IMG/VR virus record: IMGVR_UViG_3300042261_001309
Coordinates: 1-64,000 of that record
Reading direction: 5' to 3' (one strand)
Source of the DNA: a virus
Length of the DNA stretch: 64,000 bases
Shown here: piece after piece, positions 38,901 through 44,842 of the stretch
Layout of the letters: each line of letters begins with the position of its first letter
Position numbering within the stretch: position 1 is the stretch's first letter
The notes under the pieces: generated by a model
Database searches by the model: none
Seen by the model: only the letters and a program-made list of their open reading frames with translations
Told to the model about the DNA's origin: nothing
Made by a program: the position numbers and the translations under genes

Positions 38901-40283
38901 TCTGGAGATTTAGCAGACGGCGTGCATCCAACCACAGCGGGTGATTATAAATTTGCACAGTACGTAGAAAACTTTATTCGTACTTATCGGGATAATAACA
39001 CCTTTAATACAGTTCAAACCCTTAGCGCACTTATACCTACGCAGGTAGGCCAGACTATTTATGGCGCACCCAGCCAAACGGCAGATTTATTCCAAGTTGG
39101 CAATAACGCATCAGACAGTACGCTAAGCATTTATTCTGTATTCGATAGTGCGGGTAAACTCGGTGTTGGTTGCAATACGCCAAAACAAAAATTGCAAATC
39201 GGCAATAACTGGACCGGCAGCTACGATTCAAGTAGAAGCGTATTAGTAAATCCAGCTGGGACACAAAATGTAATACCCAGCGTTAATATTTCTGACATTG
39301 CCAGTACGAATACCACGGCTTATATCAAAGCAATCGGGTTAAATATCCATAACGACGATATTACCACTACCGGTACCCGTGTTCCTGCCCTAGCTTTTTC
39401 AAGAAGGGCTAATGCAACGTATACTGATGTATTAGGAGCTATTGATGCAATAGATATCGGTTCAGGCCAAGATGCCAATTGGAGAGCTGGTGCGCTAACA
39501 TTTCATACAGCTGAGGAAGCAGGCACCGGCATAATCGAAAGAATGCGAATAAATGGAACAGGCCTAGGTATCGGTACAACTACACCTGGCGCCAAATTGG
39601 ACGTGGTTGGCAGCATACAAGCAACTGGTATCGTACATGCAGGTTCAACTTCAGGATTTGCTAATTCAACCTATGCTGTAAATTCCAGAAATCCGATTTG
39701 GAGATTTGCTAACGCGTCAACTTACGGCTTAAGTTATTTCCAAGGCTCAGCTGGATTAGATGGCGCAAACGATACGATTGGTATTCATTTTGGAACAGCT
39801 ACAGCGGCTGGCTCACAATACCAATTTAATTTATCCGGTGCGTTTACGTTAGGCGGTAAAATAGGTATTGGCGTAACTAATCCATCCAGTAAATTATCGT
39901 TTGGTAATGCCTCAGCCAGTGCCTTGCAACGTATAGCCTTATACGAAACTTCAACCAGTACGTATTTTTATGGTATTGGTATGGCTAATCCGGCCACCGA
40001 TATTTATGGATTAGGCTTATGGTCTAGTACCGATACTGCAGTGGTATCCGACACCAACATGCAGGTGTTTATAAAAAATAATGGCAACATCGGTATTGGT
40101 ACATATTCAGCTGATGCAAAATTACATATTCGTGGAACCGCTTCAACAAACGCATTTAAATTCGATACCTTGGCAACAGCCACTGGTACAAAGACGTTGC
40201 AGGGTTATATCACCGTAAGTTTGGTTGGGTCTGGAAATTCGAATTTAGCTAACGGAACTTATTATATTCCATTGTATCAATAA
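23946..40283 (+). CDS. Giant (5445 aa) tail fibre/adhesin with GNVGIGT repeats and an SGNH hydrolase domain
   Basis: Uninterrupted 16.3-kb ORF; about 20 G.VGIGT..P repeats, internal duplications, GDS...GTND...DGVHP SGNH motifs at about 38430-38990. Confidence 0.85.
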   Translation: MAEIRVDTHQDLLDNELRNAVIGIVTASSLTGISTATGKIVTHDYPDPARLAWYNGTEWRYLDDQVVVGSSLTADRLLISTTSGWTTSILGINSSGSLVLGVGSASPHYIENVATPITDYQAANRLFVLNTLSGASDIHAAAKLKSIANLSSLTFPTADTGNYFDADYTLLNGDRVLLTDQISLPTNGIYTVGIGSVNTTLTRATDADETGELKNGSSILVTQGTVWGSTSWAIADCDTTITIGTSDIKWVQTAASREYTAGAGLTLTGSVFDIGTGDTQAIVVGANSINLYDNLTTARTNKTKFSVNKYGVITSVDEITSANGIVLRTAADTYSALTGTANYVPKWSGTSLSSTSLIYDTGTAVGIGTTTPATLLHVNGALTVGVLSGVLKATTGLVSGLAGINDLSDVAAGTATTGQLLGYNTATSKWINVTRTVNTTTPLSGGGALTGDITLTLGGLTGIGTTNYVLGVNAAGAAWEYKAIQATALQTTVSHSANAVTIGTVQGIGTVSTPTFADLYLTGMTGQIITSTSVKTAIQDLDDSAYKTTQTGFDSWSGSGNYYSVTGAVGSQMFNLLRGGYAYVKGKKVTFSGGQSISVGTSNQAYYIWVSSAGAIGTTTYTNLNETSYLDNAMLFEALNDGTNVLVVKENHPYSMNTAASVYIHHNIGIVIRGSGAVITQVTTGTGTTVTDRKVRIAGNDYLEDHGIVTNISNTVAGVTWNFYYQDNYGKWLRHSQSDEFPIVYLDTDASAGGTITTVANSKFSIICLYVSKDDLNSSSPTYYAVINRATEPYSNSSDALNAITAGNFSIASNELASLELAQLGYAVIAGNTGAGYIFRVIPAKSTINARFIGGSSTGIHGLLSGLTADDHTQYALLAGRISGQTLYGGTTTGETLKLFGTASGTGNVFINSSGGNVGIGTTVASTTLHVGGSLTLGTLSGVLKATAGLVSNSAGIDDLNDVTITSAATGQLLGYSTVTGQWSNITRTINTTGPLAGGGALTSDLTLSMPGAGTSTSGYLTSTDWNTFNNKANASTTISVTSPLSGGGDLSANRSIALAGLSSLGPANYLVGVNSGANAWEYKSISGTSNQISVTHTANAITLSTPQSIGTGNTVTFAGLTLTGLSGVLKASAGVISGSASINDLSNVAAGTATTGQLLGYNTATSKWENVTRTINTSAPLGGGGALTGDLTLTITAAGTASTGYLTSTDWNTFNNKVSTSRSISTTSPLTGGGSLSGDLTLGVGGLTSLGTANYVIGVNTAGTAWEYKSIAGTANQVNVTTAAGLITLSTPQAIGSTSSPTFSGITLSGLGAGVVKSNSSGVLTNISTGSTGTILRSTGPEPAWTTLTLPDTIAAGSVLVANSVNTLTSLTSTSSTTVLQNNAGTITWGTLSGISGVTGAGVTNQVAKWQTASALTTSIIYDTGSAVGIGTTSPVNKLTTYGAITMVSAYDGGALVDYSLRLDQGNGNDPRILTVGSATTAGTLKISQVTSSNTDYRDVIYIANGGQVGIGTNIVSNGLLNVYGNTYTGTLGFNTTYTVNSPVTGTTYWDNSNHTISTALLNGVVLQHGQELHVYVKNNSNVDILNGDPVSIDSQGGSSEIWVKPTDITSLTSAKGFLGLATQDIAKNARGYITTFGLVRDLATSSFTEGIPVYVGMPTTGTTKLTHTVPSHPYSVIDVGIVVYAQNNNGIIFVNPHLQPAFVDLSDVDGTALTADGQFAVWLNTPQYFDFVGKISGTANKIAKFTDTYKLADSVISEVSGNIGINTATPAAMLHVAGTTKIDSNLTIGTLTGFLYATAGGVGTTNVWNGTAPTPAVHNLLDSITHGDTLTTAVARGSIVVGNSTPKWTALGIGTTAGYVLKTSGTEPYWATITKSDIGLGSVENTALSTWAGSSNVTIVGVVTSGTWNGAVVGISYGGTGATTKTLAFNALSPLTTLGDIVYHDGTNSVRLAGNITTTKQVLAQTGIGSISAAPQWTTLTKSDVGLSNVENTALSTWAGSSNITTVGMISSGTWTASVIDVVHGGTGLNTVAAGSILAANTANTLSAITSASGTKVLKNIDGVVSWDTVAGISGITGTGTTGKIPKWSSASALTDSVITESSSNIGIGSTLPQAKLDIAGSILVGTTRRFSYDGSTGSVYIRGDSGGYANAYSFLNNSGSNLGGFGVFGGADDLAYYYVGTYGAEKLIINTTGDAGFGITPTNYGHGGNNKHLQVYNPNTVQNSQSHLWLLSGSTVASSSVGTISWALPNATSTQKNIGLIAGVTGSGSTAGTPSMYMSFYTRNTTDINWAERMRISELGYVGIGTGTPAYKLEVNSGATQGIAKFDNDYGTVLLVADSNANYIESANTTFSAVKNLRITGYLAQSPALTQIDGTNIYLNGSVGINTADPGTYKLNVNGTANFSDEVTIATLNAPKLKRYIAGALTAGNWYRIAYQGRLVYNSPAGGTRASAKITLYDVVSSYHSTTSFWVSYHFGLQPTIILLGRSSYGSGGIFSKIRLITGSTYDGCALEVYCANNATANYCYYTIENNDQINGFTTALFTAGSIPANFTANVLDFSTDNPIYAATTEAASNAIFINRSGVIQAPSLTFTAGGQIGGTASGPAIYSQDNTLAGRFYNGANYLNGSLTVRNDADNATNLLVENTGNVGIGTIYPQSKLHVNNSSTTGTVLITGVGESTSTIGALNFRHITYNTATVASVECRRTVDDAVGQLVFTTAPGSASPAVDRMIITADGKIGIGTVIPTANLHVYSGSNYGSPSLSADTYNLFKIGTALSPELAFGSYSASPYAMWLQTKTTANNGTYWPLAINPLGGNVGIGTSAPSALLHVNGNTYVSGTLTLSNLTGHLYATNGSVGVTSVWTGNAPTPAAHNILDSTVHGDTLTTAVARGSIIIGNSTPKWTALGIGTTAGYVLKTSGTDPYWALLDTNHHSLQGLGDDDHTQYALLAGRTGGQTLYGGTAAADKLILHGSTAGTGAIYINPGNAGVVIGGTGSDSTVARLYVVADSKSALRTDASYTAALGETVTTTCTAFANYQDIVNSGTMTNYVYNNYSSLTLGGTGSFANAVNIFAYTKLTGGTAKTVTALTQYLSRIYADATPNAGTITSAYHFKADDATDNLTITTQYGLYISALTKASTNWAIYTAGTTPSYFGGAVTIGGAISSGSLSVGSLTGVLKASAGTVTAGSVALGSEVTGTLPITNGGTGLATVAIGSILAANSADALSAVTSASGTKILKNVNGAISWDTVSGISGVSGTGTTGYMARWTNSTTIAASSVLYDDGTNVGIGTTSPVETLTIYKPAGSNSSLSLGDGDVAHGVTSLAKTNVWLLANEHTTDKGGAQLTGFSDAPDNPAFEIKGVNTTDPDTNIPAITLDGYSANGTGVKALAATKTVLQIQNSGSALMSILGNGNVGVGITNPETSLVVAGPTVYSNPTFTHYQNLAYYSYSGAPTETGTKIITLPQGWTSTMMSITVKGYDYSGNGGWEAIVSGYNYAPSPTWINTSAEIRGKAPFTSVRLGYNTTSSKMVLMLGTSTTVWNYPKLSVSDFYAGHSNVTGWGTGWSIINDPTETGIGSAYTVNVTAPIWIDSNGAVGIGTSIPTSHAPNRKSVIISDTANDALLEIWGQSGQKSIVQSAGGNTYMGVLAGPGNLNLTYGPSGNVGLIMQNTTGNIGINTTDFTGYRLNVNGNTNITGTLTASSLLSASAQIVYPYAKTDTTLRTGISIYSNDSTNQFNVAIAMLGGASQSARTAVIQTSEAGVSNTGNIALQVYGGNVGIGTAAPTAKLTIVGNSLTGAEATYGGYIKIIGGGGALTSTGGIEFCAATSGAGYGFRIANPDLGTGECPLYIMSRCVSASWTLAMSILGSNGFVGIGSATPTQKLDVAGNIVASGSVGATTVYPIADNSYTSGSSYARWSTVYGVNADFSGSLTVKGLYNTSDYTERVFQSAAAFVNGEADKAVDIRLSNSIWGWIELEVTGSYYIDNTTGKLTKIFAFGGNDGALYLQNTRVSDAMGYISSHITIGDIVWDGAVSKWKITVYHTSTYGNTYTFKLRSFSHGGAASLLSGAAVSAIYTAASPLTRQYTYYNDRLGVGTSTPAEVLDVNGNIALPGATNYLTFGGGAGGSRRLKLYETSVIHAGLGIDLAGGPYELSIYGMAGDAGQGRISFGFAANANPGTYSEKVSFLNSGNVGIGITNPTGKLQVSMPGMAASLTYTQPGLLQLTDTTGPTELVFTVDGVGPYAAALQHRHATLSGYSYPITINPLGGNVGIGTIAPSELLHVNGNILATRINFSAGGAIAGTANGPAIYSQDGSLAGRFYNGNNYLNGALVIRSDADVQNMIVTDTGYVGIGTASPTTKLESSAVYGDPATSGSSPNGMLALTTASAYRGIYLGISSNATANYPGWLQVSDWNDLSQTRNFILNPRGGYVGIGTVDPTAKLHVYGGGVNVGGSVTSTGASINGLTVSQIVRPASDNTYTLGTIGYRWSTIYGVDCALSDELSVQGRIWGTDCTFSGTVTSANLIGVANENVDSSSYCLGDISSTEWTYEYKALGYGADVQSNYTVDPTYGKVNWLNYNGAAGNYGVLSYRICTPAAVSSITFSVPAKLALGVSTAIAVAIYNSAANTVLASTAYTLTSNWQNCTVTYNSPSANTEYIVVINCNNVSGASVQAQALVGKATCTMAGTNNGITESSYTRLTVTNDALEDDLWNIQSTRVNIASPFSRYVIDTDATTLMVEMVSTMRAAISSLAHIAYKVNGEAAGVIAATTNGLVEQHVITLPAGHKRVEFINGPTSKPSATILGTWLRAIFVPGTARVATVKSKVNDCRIAIYGDSICVGNSDTSAALQAWPVQLRERNVGSVAVDAYGWRNLWDDKNDSAGWYVPLARSINRFKPTHIWLAIGTNDYGLYKQNAASFRKTYDALLDLLHAQNPQAKIFCQSPITRTDSPSPTYEVIANYRTAVSASATARPDFAHFVDGTAIIASGDLADGVHPTTAGDYKFAQYVENFIRTYRDNNTFNTVQTLSALIPTQVGQTIYGAPSQTADLFQVGNNASDSTLSIYSVFDSAGKLGVGCNTPKQKLQIGNNWTGSYDSSRSVLVNPAGTQNVIPSVNISDIASTNTTAYIKAIGLNIHNDDITTTGTRVPALAFSRRANATYTDVLGAIDAIDIGSGQDANWRAGALTFHTAEEAGTGIIERMRINGTGLGIGTTTPGAKLDVVGSIQATGIVHAGSTSGFANSTYAVNSRNPIWRFANASTYGLSYFQGSAGLDGANDTIGIHFGTATAAGSQYQFNLSGAFTLGGKIGIGVTNPSSKLSFGNASASALQRIALYETSTSTYFYGIGMANPATDIYGLGLWSSTDTAVVSDTNMQVFIKNNGNIGIGTYSADAKLHIRGTASTNAFKFDTLATATGTKTLQGYITVSLVGSGNSNLANGTYYIPLYQ

Positions 40284-40298
40284 ATTAAAATAGCCTAC

Positions 40299-40327
40299 TT
40301 GACACGCTAAGGCGTATCGAATATATT
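40299..40327 (+). promoter_or_regulatory. Sigma70 consensus promoter
   Basis: TTGACA-17 nt-TATATT, 10 nt before the ATG at 40338. Confidence 0.7.
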
Positions 40328-40337
40328 GAACGGACAT

Positions 40338-40751
40338 ATGAGCAAAATACAATTAACACCAAATCAAGTACTGGCCACTATCAACGCGATCGTCAAGCTG
40401 GAAGGTGCACCTTCTGGCGATCCTAAAGAGGCGCCAGTCTCTAAATACAACTTCAAGGCCAAGGTCCTATATGGCTTGGCTAAGAATTATAATACGCTGA
40501 AGCGCTTGGTAGAAGATATTGAATCTACCCGGCAGAAGACACTGAAGAAATATCAAACTGAAGGGGAAGCTAATCTCGGAGAAGCCCAGGCGGCTAAATT
40601 CTCTGCTGATTTTTCTGACTTCCTTAATACGCCGCTGGATGTCGATCTGCACCAAGTGGACATCAACGAAATTGATTTGGACCTGAACCAAATTCCAATT
40701 TCAGTATTGGCCGACTTGGCCGGTCGAGTATTTACCGGTGATCTGAAGTAA
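40338..40751 (+). CDS. Hypothetical protein of the type often found after fibre genes
   Basis: ATG start chosen because the TTG at 40326 lies inside the -10 box; YGLAKN...L..IE..R...KKY pattern. Confidence 0.7.
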   Translation: MSKIQLTPNQVLATINAIVKLEGAPSGDPKEAPVSKYNFKAKVLYGLAKNYNTLKRLVEDIESTRQKTLKKYQTEGEANLGEAQAAKFSADFSDFLNTPLDVDLHQVDINEIDLDLNQIPISVLADLAGRVFTGDLK

Positions 40752-40756
40752 GCTAA

Positions 40757-41026
40757 TTAATCGTCATCATCGTCACACGAGGAAGAATCCGTATCTTCCT
40801 CGTTGTCGTTTAGATCTAGCACATCTTCTTCCCTTAACGATTGCTGCATCTGGCCACTGACAATATCCGCAAAATTAACCAAGCCCATATAATCAGCAAC
40901 ACCATCTGTCTTATGATAAACTTCAAACTCTCGTTTATCGTTGATTACGATAAGCAAAAACCCGTTAGTAAACTCGTTAAGCTGACTCAAAAGAGACTCA
41001 GGTATCTGAAACGATTTTTTAGCCAT
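40757..41026 (-). CDS. Hypothetical protein with acidic tail
   Basis: FQIPESLLSQLNEFTNGF, Asp/Glu-rich C-terminus. Confidence 0.7.
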   Translation of the reverse strand: MAKKSFQIPESLLSQLNEFTNGFLLIVINDKREFEVYHKTDGVADYMGLVNFADIVSGQMQQSLREEDVLDLNDNEEDTDSSSCDDDDD

Positions 41027-41060
41027 ATCATCAGTGTAACACTTATCATTCCTAATAGCT

Positions 41061-41085
41061 AAAAAAAAGGGGCCAAGACCCCTTT
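41061..41085 (-). terminator. Rho-independent terminator
   Basis: Minus strand AAAGGGG-TCTTGG-CCCC followed by T8. Confidence 0.6.
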
Positions 41086-41092
41086 AATTTTT

Positions 41093-41224
41093 TCACTCTT
41101 TTTTATCTGCCGAGATAATTGACACGGCAGCCATACCAGCCACCACCACTAACACGACTGGCAGATTTTCGATCACCACACACACAGCGACCACACCAGC
41201 GACTAACGAGAGAACATCAGACAT
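41093..41224 (-). CDS. 43-aa hydrophobic membrane peptide
   Basis: Hand-translated MSDVLSLVAGVVAVCVVIENLPVVLVVVAGMAAVSIISADKKE, followed directly by a terminator. Confidence 0.55.
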   Translation of the reverse strand: MSDVLSLVAGVVAVCVVIENLPVVLVVVAGMAAVSIISADKKE

Positions 41225-41605
41225 ATGCGTACAAACCTTTCTTTTTTACTGGGTATTATGTATACCAAGTTTCATCCGACTGAACGAAGCAAAGGTATAC
41301 GAATTTATTTTCAAGCAACAGAAACACCGTTGCTTGATCTTTTTTTAAAACGCTTTGGAGGTATTGCGTACAAGCATAAGACTTATACGCTATACGAAAT
41401 ACTCTCCGAGAAAGATCTACGCCACTTTCGCAGTATCGTGATTAAATCACGAATTCCTATGCTGCAACCGTGGCGTGTGTTTTTAGATTACTACGCACCG
41501 TTACCAAAACGATTGCGAGGTAAAAATCGGCGAATTCTTAAGTTGTACAAAGAAGAACGCGCAATATACAACTTAACTACAAATTACTGTCATTCTTCCA
41601 ACTGA
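41225..41605 (+). CDS. Hypothetical protein, possibly a degenerate LAGLIDADG-fold DNA-binding protein
   Basis: LSFLLG...IRIYFQ...LLDLFLKRFGG...YEI.S.KDL pattern without the acidic catalytic residue. Confidence 0.4.
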   Translation: MRTNLSFLLGIMYTKFHPTERSKGIRIYFQATETPLLDLFLKRFGGIAYKHKTYTLYEILSEKDLRHFRSIVIKSRIPMLQPWRVFLDYYAPLPKRLRGKNRRILKLYKEERAIYNLTTNYCHSSN

Positions 41606-42300
41606 TCGGCAATTTCGTTGCCGGTGCAGTTTAAGACATCGATACGCTCCAATGTGGGCGTGAAGTGCAACGAAGGTCCCACGCACCAGCCGAAAAACTC
41701 TGTTTTACCTTCAGCGATCTCCAAGATGAAGGTCAATTCGTTTGTTCTCGGTAGGACGTCCGAGCTGCACATAATTGGTAAACCGTCAACCACGGTTACT
41801 TTAATAGATTCCAACCGCCGAGAAATAACGTCCGGAATTCCTTTGCAGGCGTTTGCCCACCAAGCGTTCCAACTTATACTTCCTGCATAACCACACCACT
41901 CTCTAGGGATGGCCATGGAATACAGCCGAAATGTCAGTGCGCCTACTTTATGATGTGCCACCCCGTAACAATAATTCAATTTTAGCAAAAAGTTTAAAAA
42001 CTCTTTCGCTTCTGAAAACCCATTAGTATGCAGAGGTTTTCCGGAATTCCCTGCAGGACACAATATCCCCGACATGGGGATTTCTATTCCTGCCTTGTCT
42101 TCCTTCAGCGAGGCGGCGAGAACCACCTCGTTAAAAGGATACTTAATATGCGCCGGCGCCGCTTGCCGCCGATTACGATTAATTGTAACTTGCTTGTTTG
42201 AAACAATTTTAGGATCACCTTCTGGTGATCCGTCCGGCTTGACAATCGCACTGCTCTGCATCATTGTATTTTTCATATTTTTTTTTAGGTATTTCACCAA
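41590..42300 (-). CDS. Hypothetical protein
   Basis: Long ORF; start uncertain. Confidence 0.55.
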   Translation of the reverse strand: MVKYLKKNMKNTMMQSSAIVKPDGSPEGDPKIVSNKQVTINRNRRQAAPAHIKYPFNEVVLAASLKEDKAGIEIPMSGILCPAGNSGKPLHTNGFSEAKEFLNFLLKLNYCYGVAHHKVGALTFRLYSMAIPREWCGYAGSISWNAWWANACKGIPDVISRRLESIKVTVVDGLPIMCSSDVLPRTNELTFILEIAEGKTEFFGWCVGPSLHFTPTLERIDVLNCTGNEIADQLEE

Positions 42301-42317
42301 CTATTTATCTATTGGCT

Positions 42318-42366
42318 AAAAAAATGAGGTAGCGATCCTCATTTCGAAGTAGGTAATTTCTACTTC
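42318..42366 (-). ncRNA. Candidate ~50-nt two-hairpin small RNA or attenuator
   Basis: Extended -10 TGGTATAAT (42372-42380), then GAAGTAG-7-CTACTTC and AAATGAGG-7-CCTCATTT with a T-run. Confidence 0.45.
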
Positions 42367-42406
42367 ATATAATTATACCAGCAAAGCAGGCTAAATAAGT
42401 AACCGG

Positions 42407-42865
42407 CTAGTCGGGGCAGTGAAAAGAAAAGAAGTTTTTAAATGGCTCCAAGATATGCCCTGTATAAAGGTGCAATCCACCAAATCCCCTATAGACCGAA
42501 TTAGTATGCGTGAATACCCAACAATAACCTTTAATATACACACAGCATAAATACTTACCACTGTTAACATGGTTAGGTTCAACGTATTCCCACATTTTCA
42601 CGTAGCTCGTAAATACCTCTGTGTTCTCGACCTTATCTGGATTGAGTAAATCCAAGATATTTATTTTGCCTTGCTGCTCCAAGCAGTAATAAACATAGTC
42701 GTAAGAAAATAGATCTGCTAAGGCTGGAATTCTAAATAGCGGTAAATTCTCTTCAGTATCTGGATGCTTCAAATACCGCTTTTGCAGCATCTTATACGGC
42801 GTTTTAAAATATGACGCTAACTTTTTAAGTACTTGGTGTTCTGCTTGTTGAGATTGAACAATCAT
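42407..42865 (-). CDS. Hypothetical protein
   Basis: 152 aa, ATGA-coupled to the resolvase. Confidence 0.6.
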   Translation of the reverse strand: MIVQSQQAEHQVLKKLASYFKTPYKMLQKRYLKHPDTEENLPLFRIPALADLFSYDYVYYCLEQQGKINILDLLNPDKVENTEVFTSYVKMWEYVEPNHVNSGKYLCCVYIKGYCWVFTHTNSVYRGFGGLHLYTGHILEPFKNFFSFHCPD

Positions 42866-43356
42866 AATTGTTTTTTGCGGGCATATTCACCAATCAATAA
42901 ATAGTCCGCATCTTTGGAAAGTTTTAAATCTGGAAATAGTTTTTTACCGAGGGCCAGACTGGCTTCCTTTAACCCGTCTGACCCTTTAATCTGAGGAAGC
43001 AATACACTCTGCCATTCCTTGGAGTCTAAAAAGCGATATGGAATATTTAAACTTTCCAATACCACTAAGGTAGCTTCCAAACAACGTACAGCCGATAATG
43101 ACGCATTAAAGCGCATAGCATTTACCATGGGCCGTTCCATGACTGCCAAGATCTCAACTCCTTTAAGTGTATGTGCACTTATAAGCTCCGTTAGCTTTGA
43201 AGCGTCGATACGCGTGATATTCTTTTTTACGGTCTTCTGGTAATTTTCACACGATTTAGTGGGCAGCTTAAATGCTCGATAACTCCCGTCAGGAAAAAAT
43301 ATGGAAAATCCCCGGGCAGTTACTCCATTATCAAAGGAAATGTATTGCTTGCTCAT
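42862..43356 (-). CDS. ruvC: RuvC-like Holliday junction resolvase
   Basis: ISFDNG, VMERP, W-containing helix and ADYLLIGEY acidic motifs. Confidence 0.75.
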   Translation of the reverse strand: MSKQYISFDNGVTARGFSIFFPDGSYRAFKLPTKSCENYQKTVKKNITRIDASKLTELISAHTLKGVEILAVMERPMVNAMRFNASLSAVRCLEATLVVLESLNIPYRFLDSKEWQSVLLPQIKGSDGLKEASLALGKKLFPDLKLSKDADYLLIGEYARKKQL

Positions 43357-43372
43357 GTGGTCGAATTATCAG

Positions 43373-43582
43373 CTACTTACAGGCTGAATTCAACACTTTC
43401 TTCAAAGAACGGATTTGTGCCCCATTTAACAGCACTTCTTGTCCGTCTATCTCGAAGAATAATTGACTGCGCTTATGTGAGCCTTTTTTAGCTTTGGCAT
43501 ATTCGCAATAAATTTTGCTGTTCTTAATCGCCGACAATTTATGTGTACGATTAAATACTACAGTTAAACGATTATTTCTCAT
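43373..43582 (-). CDS. Hypothetical basic protein
   Basis: 69 aa, coupled to recA. Confidence 0.55.
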   Translation of the reverse strand: MRNNRLTVVFNRTHKLSAIKNSKIYCEYAKAKKGSHKRSQLFFEIDGQEVLLNGAQIRSLKKVLNSACK

Positions 43583-44781
43583 GACGTTATATCTATTGTT
43601 TTTTCTGTTTGTTGTTCATTGGTTGTACTCTTTTTACGGCGAGTCTTCCGGGTATTTTCAACTTGCTGAATTTCTTCTATTGGTGGTAAGTCTGGAATAC
43701 CAAAGGCTTTACGAATGTGTTCTTTAGCCTCATTGCTTCTTGCAATCTGTAAGGCTAATTCAGTACATCGATACTGTTCATCAGAATTAATTAATACCGG
43801 TTCATTATTTTCCAGCTTCAATGTAAGACTAGGAGGGCCAACCCAACGAAAATACCCGCTGCCGTTATCAGCTACCAGATCGGTATAGCTTTCACCAAGC
43901 TTACGAACCAGCGGACCCCACCAATCCATACCGCCATTAATATAAAGGTCTACTTCTACTTCTTGCCCTTTACCTTCACGACCTAACTTATTTCGCTTAC
44001 ATTGAATTTTATGCCTAGAACCTGTTTTACGCGGCGCACCATGTTCATCGTTGTCTTCAAACTCTTTGGTACGCGCAAACTTAAAATGATATGTAGAATA
44101 AAAGAATTGCGATTCACCGCCAAGCAAGGCGTCTTGTGAGTCATCTGAAAACCCAAAAGCGCCAATTTTACTTCTCAGCTGGTTAATCAACAAAATGTTG
44201 CATTTTTCATTCGCTAGCAATCTGTCTGTTTCACGGAAGAAACGACTAAGTCTACGAGCGTGCACGCCAGGTTGTGAATCTGTAAGTGTATGCTTGGCAT
44301 CCAATTCGTCTTCTGTGGCAATACCTGCAATTGAATCCAAACATAGTAATACAGGCGTGTCACCTTCAGGATACGCTTTAGGCATACTACGTAGATACAT
44401 CTCAATTAGCTCTAAACCCTGCTCAAACGATTCAGGATGCTGAATGGTTACTTTACTTAGGTCTACGCCTTGCTTAACTGCATAATCACGATCAATGGCG
44501 TTCTCAGTTTCAATCCAAACTACGTCACCACCATTCGCTTGGTATAATTTGGCCAGCTCGTAAAATGTGCTGGTTTTTCCGCTGCCTTTCCTTCCGTATG
44601 AAAGAATAAATCTACCATACGCAATAAAGCGCCGATCAAGAATAAATTCCAATAACGGATTATCGACTATCAAACCCGTAATTGGTTTTAAATCCTTCGC
44701 CAATACAAAGTCTACGTTTGAGTTTTTGTATTTCTTTTTAAACTGACTCGATGTTATGTCTATTAGATCTTTAAAAGCCAT
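43579..44781 (-). CDS. recA: RecA/UvsX-family recombinase
   Basis: GRKGSGKT Walker A, WIETENAID, LCLDSIA Walker B, ARRLS, INQLR, LGG. Confidence 0.9.
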   Translation of the reverse strand: MAFKDLIDITSSQFKKKYKNSNVDFVLAKDLKPITGLIVDNPLLEFILDRRFIAYGRFILSYGRKGSGKTSTFYELAKLYQANGGDVVWIETENAIDRDYAVKQGVDLSKVTIQHPESFEQGLELIEMYLRSMPKAYPEGDTPVLLCLDSIAGIATEDELDAKHTLTDSQPGVHARRLSRFFRETDRLLANEKCNILLINQLRSKIGAFGFSDDSQDALLGGESQFFYSTYHFKFARTKEFEDNDEHGAPRKTGSRHKIQCKRNKLGREGKGQEVEVDLYINGGMDWWGPLVRKLGESYTDLVADNGSGYFRWVGPPSLTLKLENNEPVLINSDEQYRCTELALQIARSNEAKEHIRKAFGIPDLPPIEEIQQVENTRKTRRKKSTTNEQQTEKTIDITS

Positions 44782-44790
44782 ATGTGTAAT

Positions 44791-44820
44791 AAAAAAGGGG
44801 AGAGTTTTGTTACTCTCCCC
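44791..44820 (-). terminator. Rho-independent terminator after the putative SSB gene
   Basis: GGGGAGAGT/ACTCTCCCC stem plus T6 on the minus strand. Confidence 0.75.
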
Positions 44821-44842
44821 AATTACCGACTATTAATATAAC

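Noticed and set aside
24512-39264. Minus-strand and alternate-frame ORFs inside the giant gene
   Set aside because: Shadow ORFs caused by the Gly/Thr/Ala codon bias of the real gene
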